This document shows, piece by piece, positions 41,392 to 43,167 of a DNA stretch of 43,167 bases. The notes under the pieces are model-generated. The model was not told where the DNA came from. It saw nothing but the letters and a program-made list of their open reading frames with translations, and did not search any database. Source of the stretch: Lancefieldella parvula (GTDB taxonomy: Bacteria > Actinomycetota > Coriobacteriia > Coriobacteriales > Atopobiaceae); the NCBI GenBank assembly GCA_963551855.1, contig CAUVID010000001.1, forward strand, positions 1 to 43,167, given 5' to 3'. Within the stretch, counting starts at the first letter, position 1. The number at the start of each line of letters is the position of its first letter. Made by a program: the position numbers and the translations under genes.

Positions 41392-41819
41392 TGTATACGC
41401 TTAAGACTGAATATGCCTTTGACTCAGCGCATTTTCTTACCAACTACTACGGCAAGTGTGAGAACCTGCATGGTCATCGCTGGCATGTGACTGCCTGCAT
41501 TTCAACTGCAGAGCTTGGTGAGTCTGGTACAGAAAAAGATATGGTTATGGACTTTGGTGTTTTTAAACGCAAAGTTCGTGCACTGTGTGATTCCCTTGAT
41601 CATACGTTTTTGATTGAGGAGGGTTCTCTTTCTGAAAAGACGCTGACCTGTCTTAAAGAAGAGGGTTTCTCGCTCACCATTTTGCCGTTTAGAACAACAG
41701 CAGAAAACTTGGCTAAGTATCTGTTTGAGCAACTTGAAGCGGAAGGCTTGCCTGTCTCTTCCGTTGAGGTTGATGAGACCCCTAACAATTGCGCCATATA
41801 TTCAAAAAATATGAAGTAA
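41391..41819 (+). CDS. queD: 6-carboxytetrahydropterin synthase (QueD/PTPS)
   Basis: FDSAH, CENLHGH, MDF, LDH, TAENLA, ETP; TAATG coupling to ricT. Confidence 0.9.
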   Translation: MYTLKTEYAFDSAHFLTNYYGKCENLHGHRWHVTACISTAELGESGTEKDMVMDFGVFKRKVRALCDSLDHTFLIEEGSLSEKTLTCLKEEGFSLTILPFRTTAENLAKYLFEQLEAEGLPVSSVEVDETPNNCAIYSKNMK

Positions 41820-41912
41820 CCTGTTGTTTTTTAAAGCTCGTGCGAGCAACGTAACCTCGATGGGTATACTCTACGTATGTAGAGGTTTTATCTTTTGGCG
41901 AGGTGGAATTTC

Positions 41913-42953
41913 ATGGCTCACGGAGCATTGCGGGGTGTCAATTTAACCGGTTGGCTTACGCTTGAACCGTGGGTAACTCCTGAGCCGTTTGCACGCACGG
42001 GCTGCGTTGATGAGGCTCAGCTCATTAAAGCGCTGGGCGTTGAGGACTACCACAATCTTGTTAAAGCGCATCGTTCTTCATTTATTCAGAGTTCTGACTT
42101 TGTCAGCATTGCCGCTCGTGGTTTTAATGCGGTAAGAATCTCTGTGCCTTGGTACGTTTTTGATGAAGAAGCCGCAGGGACTCCATATGTTAGCTGCATT
42201 ACCGAGCTTGATAGAGCTCTTGAATGGGCAGAAGAACTTGGCCTGCACGTTATTTTTGTACTAGCAGTAAATCCAGGTTTGCCTGATGGCTTGAATGACC
42301 AGCCAGGTGGTGCTCCGCGCACTAGAATTTCTGGGGAGAAGTCGCTTTCTATTCTGCATAAGCTTGCCCTTCACTACGCTCACCGCAGCGGTTTTTATGG
42401 CATTGAGGTAGCCGATGAGGTTAAGCCTCGTGTGCGCAAGGGCTTTAAGCTCACAGACGGTATTCCTGGTCACTCGCTTAGAAACTATTATCGCCGTGCT
42501 TATGAGACCATTAGATCTGCGGCAGGAGAAGAGCCTGTGGTCATTCTTCCAGATGGTGGTTGGCCTCAGGGATTTAGGCGTTTTATGAGCCAGCAGGCCT
42601 ATCAAAACGTTTGGCTTGATGCACACCTTGATAAACCCTGCGAGGGAATTGATTGCTCAGGTCCTAGGGGTGTACAGCAGCTTATTGATAAAAACGAAGC
42701 GTATTTGAAGACTTCTGCTTCAGGCGGTCTGCCGGTCATGGTGGGTAAGTGGTCAGCATCACTTCCAAGCATTGACGGCGCTATGACGGCAGAGGGAAGA
42801 ATTGCGCTTGAGCGCATTTATACTTCCGGCCAGCTCAAAGTGTACAATACGTGTCCTGCATGGTTCTTCCAGACCTGGAAGACCTCCGCATTTTTGGCTG
42901 CATGGGACGCACGCGTTGCGCTTGCAACGTTTGAGAGGGGAATGCTCGAGTAA
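41913..42953 (+). CDS. GH5 exo-1,3-beta-glucanase-like protein, probably catalytically degenerate
   Basis: RGVNLTGWLTLEPW, GFNAVRI, WFFQTWK; NEP site reads DEV and VGEWS site reads VGKWS. Confidence 0.8.
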   Translation: MAHGALRGVNLTGWLTLEPWVTPEPFARTGCVDEAQLIKALGVEDYHNLVKAHRSSFIQSSDFVSIAARGFNAVRISVPWYVFDEEAAGTPYVSCITELDRALEWAEELGLHVIFVLAVNPGLPDGLNDQPGGAPRTRISGEKSLSILHKLALHYAHRSGFYGIEVADEVKPRVRKGFKLTDGIPGHSLRNYYRRAYETIRSAAGEEPVVILPDGGWPQGFRRFMSQQAYQNVWLDAHLDKPCEGIDCSGPRGVQQLIDKNEAYLKTSASGGLPVMVGKWSASLPSIDGAMTAEGRIALERIYTSGQLKVYNTCPAWFFQTWKTSAFLAAWDARVALATFERGMLE

Positions 42954-43167
42954 TGACAGAATCTACTCTTTTAGCAGGTAAACTGTCTATTGTGGGCACG
43001 CCTATTGGTAACCTTTCGGACGCGTCACCACGCGTTAAAGAAACGCTTGCAGCAGCAGATGTCATTTTATGTGAGGACACACGCGTGACCTCAAAGCTCC
43101 TCTCGGCATTTGACATTCATGTACCGCTGCAGCGCTGTGATCAAAATATTATTGAGTCGCAAATTGA
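42953..43167 (+). CDS. rsmI: 16S rRNA (C1402) 2'-O-methyltransferase, 5' part (runs off window)
   Basis: Manual translation MTESTLLAGKLSIVGTPIGNLSDASPRVKETLAAADVILCEDTRVTSKLL; TAATG coupling. Confidence 0.93.
   Translation, partial: MTESTLLAGKLSIVGTPIGNLSDASPRVKETLAAADVILCEDTRVTSKLLSAFDIHVPLQRCDQNIIESQI

Overview
A mostly housekeeping chromosomal segment from an anaerobic, moderate-GC bacterium. Gene content and style suggest Coriobacteriia/Atopobiaceae; this is inference, not checked. It carries nrdD (partial)-nrdG, two DegV genes, a DJ-1 / Y-family polymerase / YolD-like cluster, an FtsX-type ABC exporter, a three-module glycosyltransferase, ligA, mntP, type III glnA, polA-rnhA, nhaA, TPR-STAS-tatA/B-tatC-topA and tmk-holB-ricT-queD-GH5-like-rsmI (partial). 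No rRNA, tRNA, CRISPR array or transposase was seen. Two DNA-level signals stand out. (1) The non-palindromic motif TTCTCGCC occurs at least 20 times against about 1.3 expected, and 18 of these extend to GNNYTTCTCGCC. It lies on both strands, in five reading frames, and forms inverted pairs between convergent genes, like a DNA uptake sequence. (2) A 462-bp non-coding element bounded by two 46-bp hairpins with IS3-like ends sits in the loop of a bidirectional terminator, flanked by a 3-bp TCA duplication.
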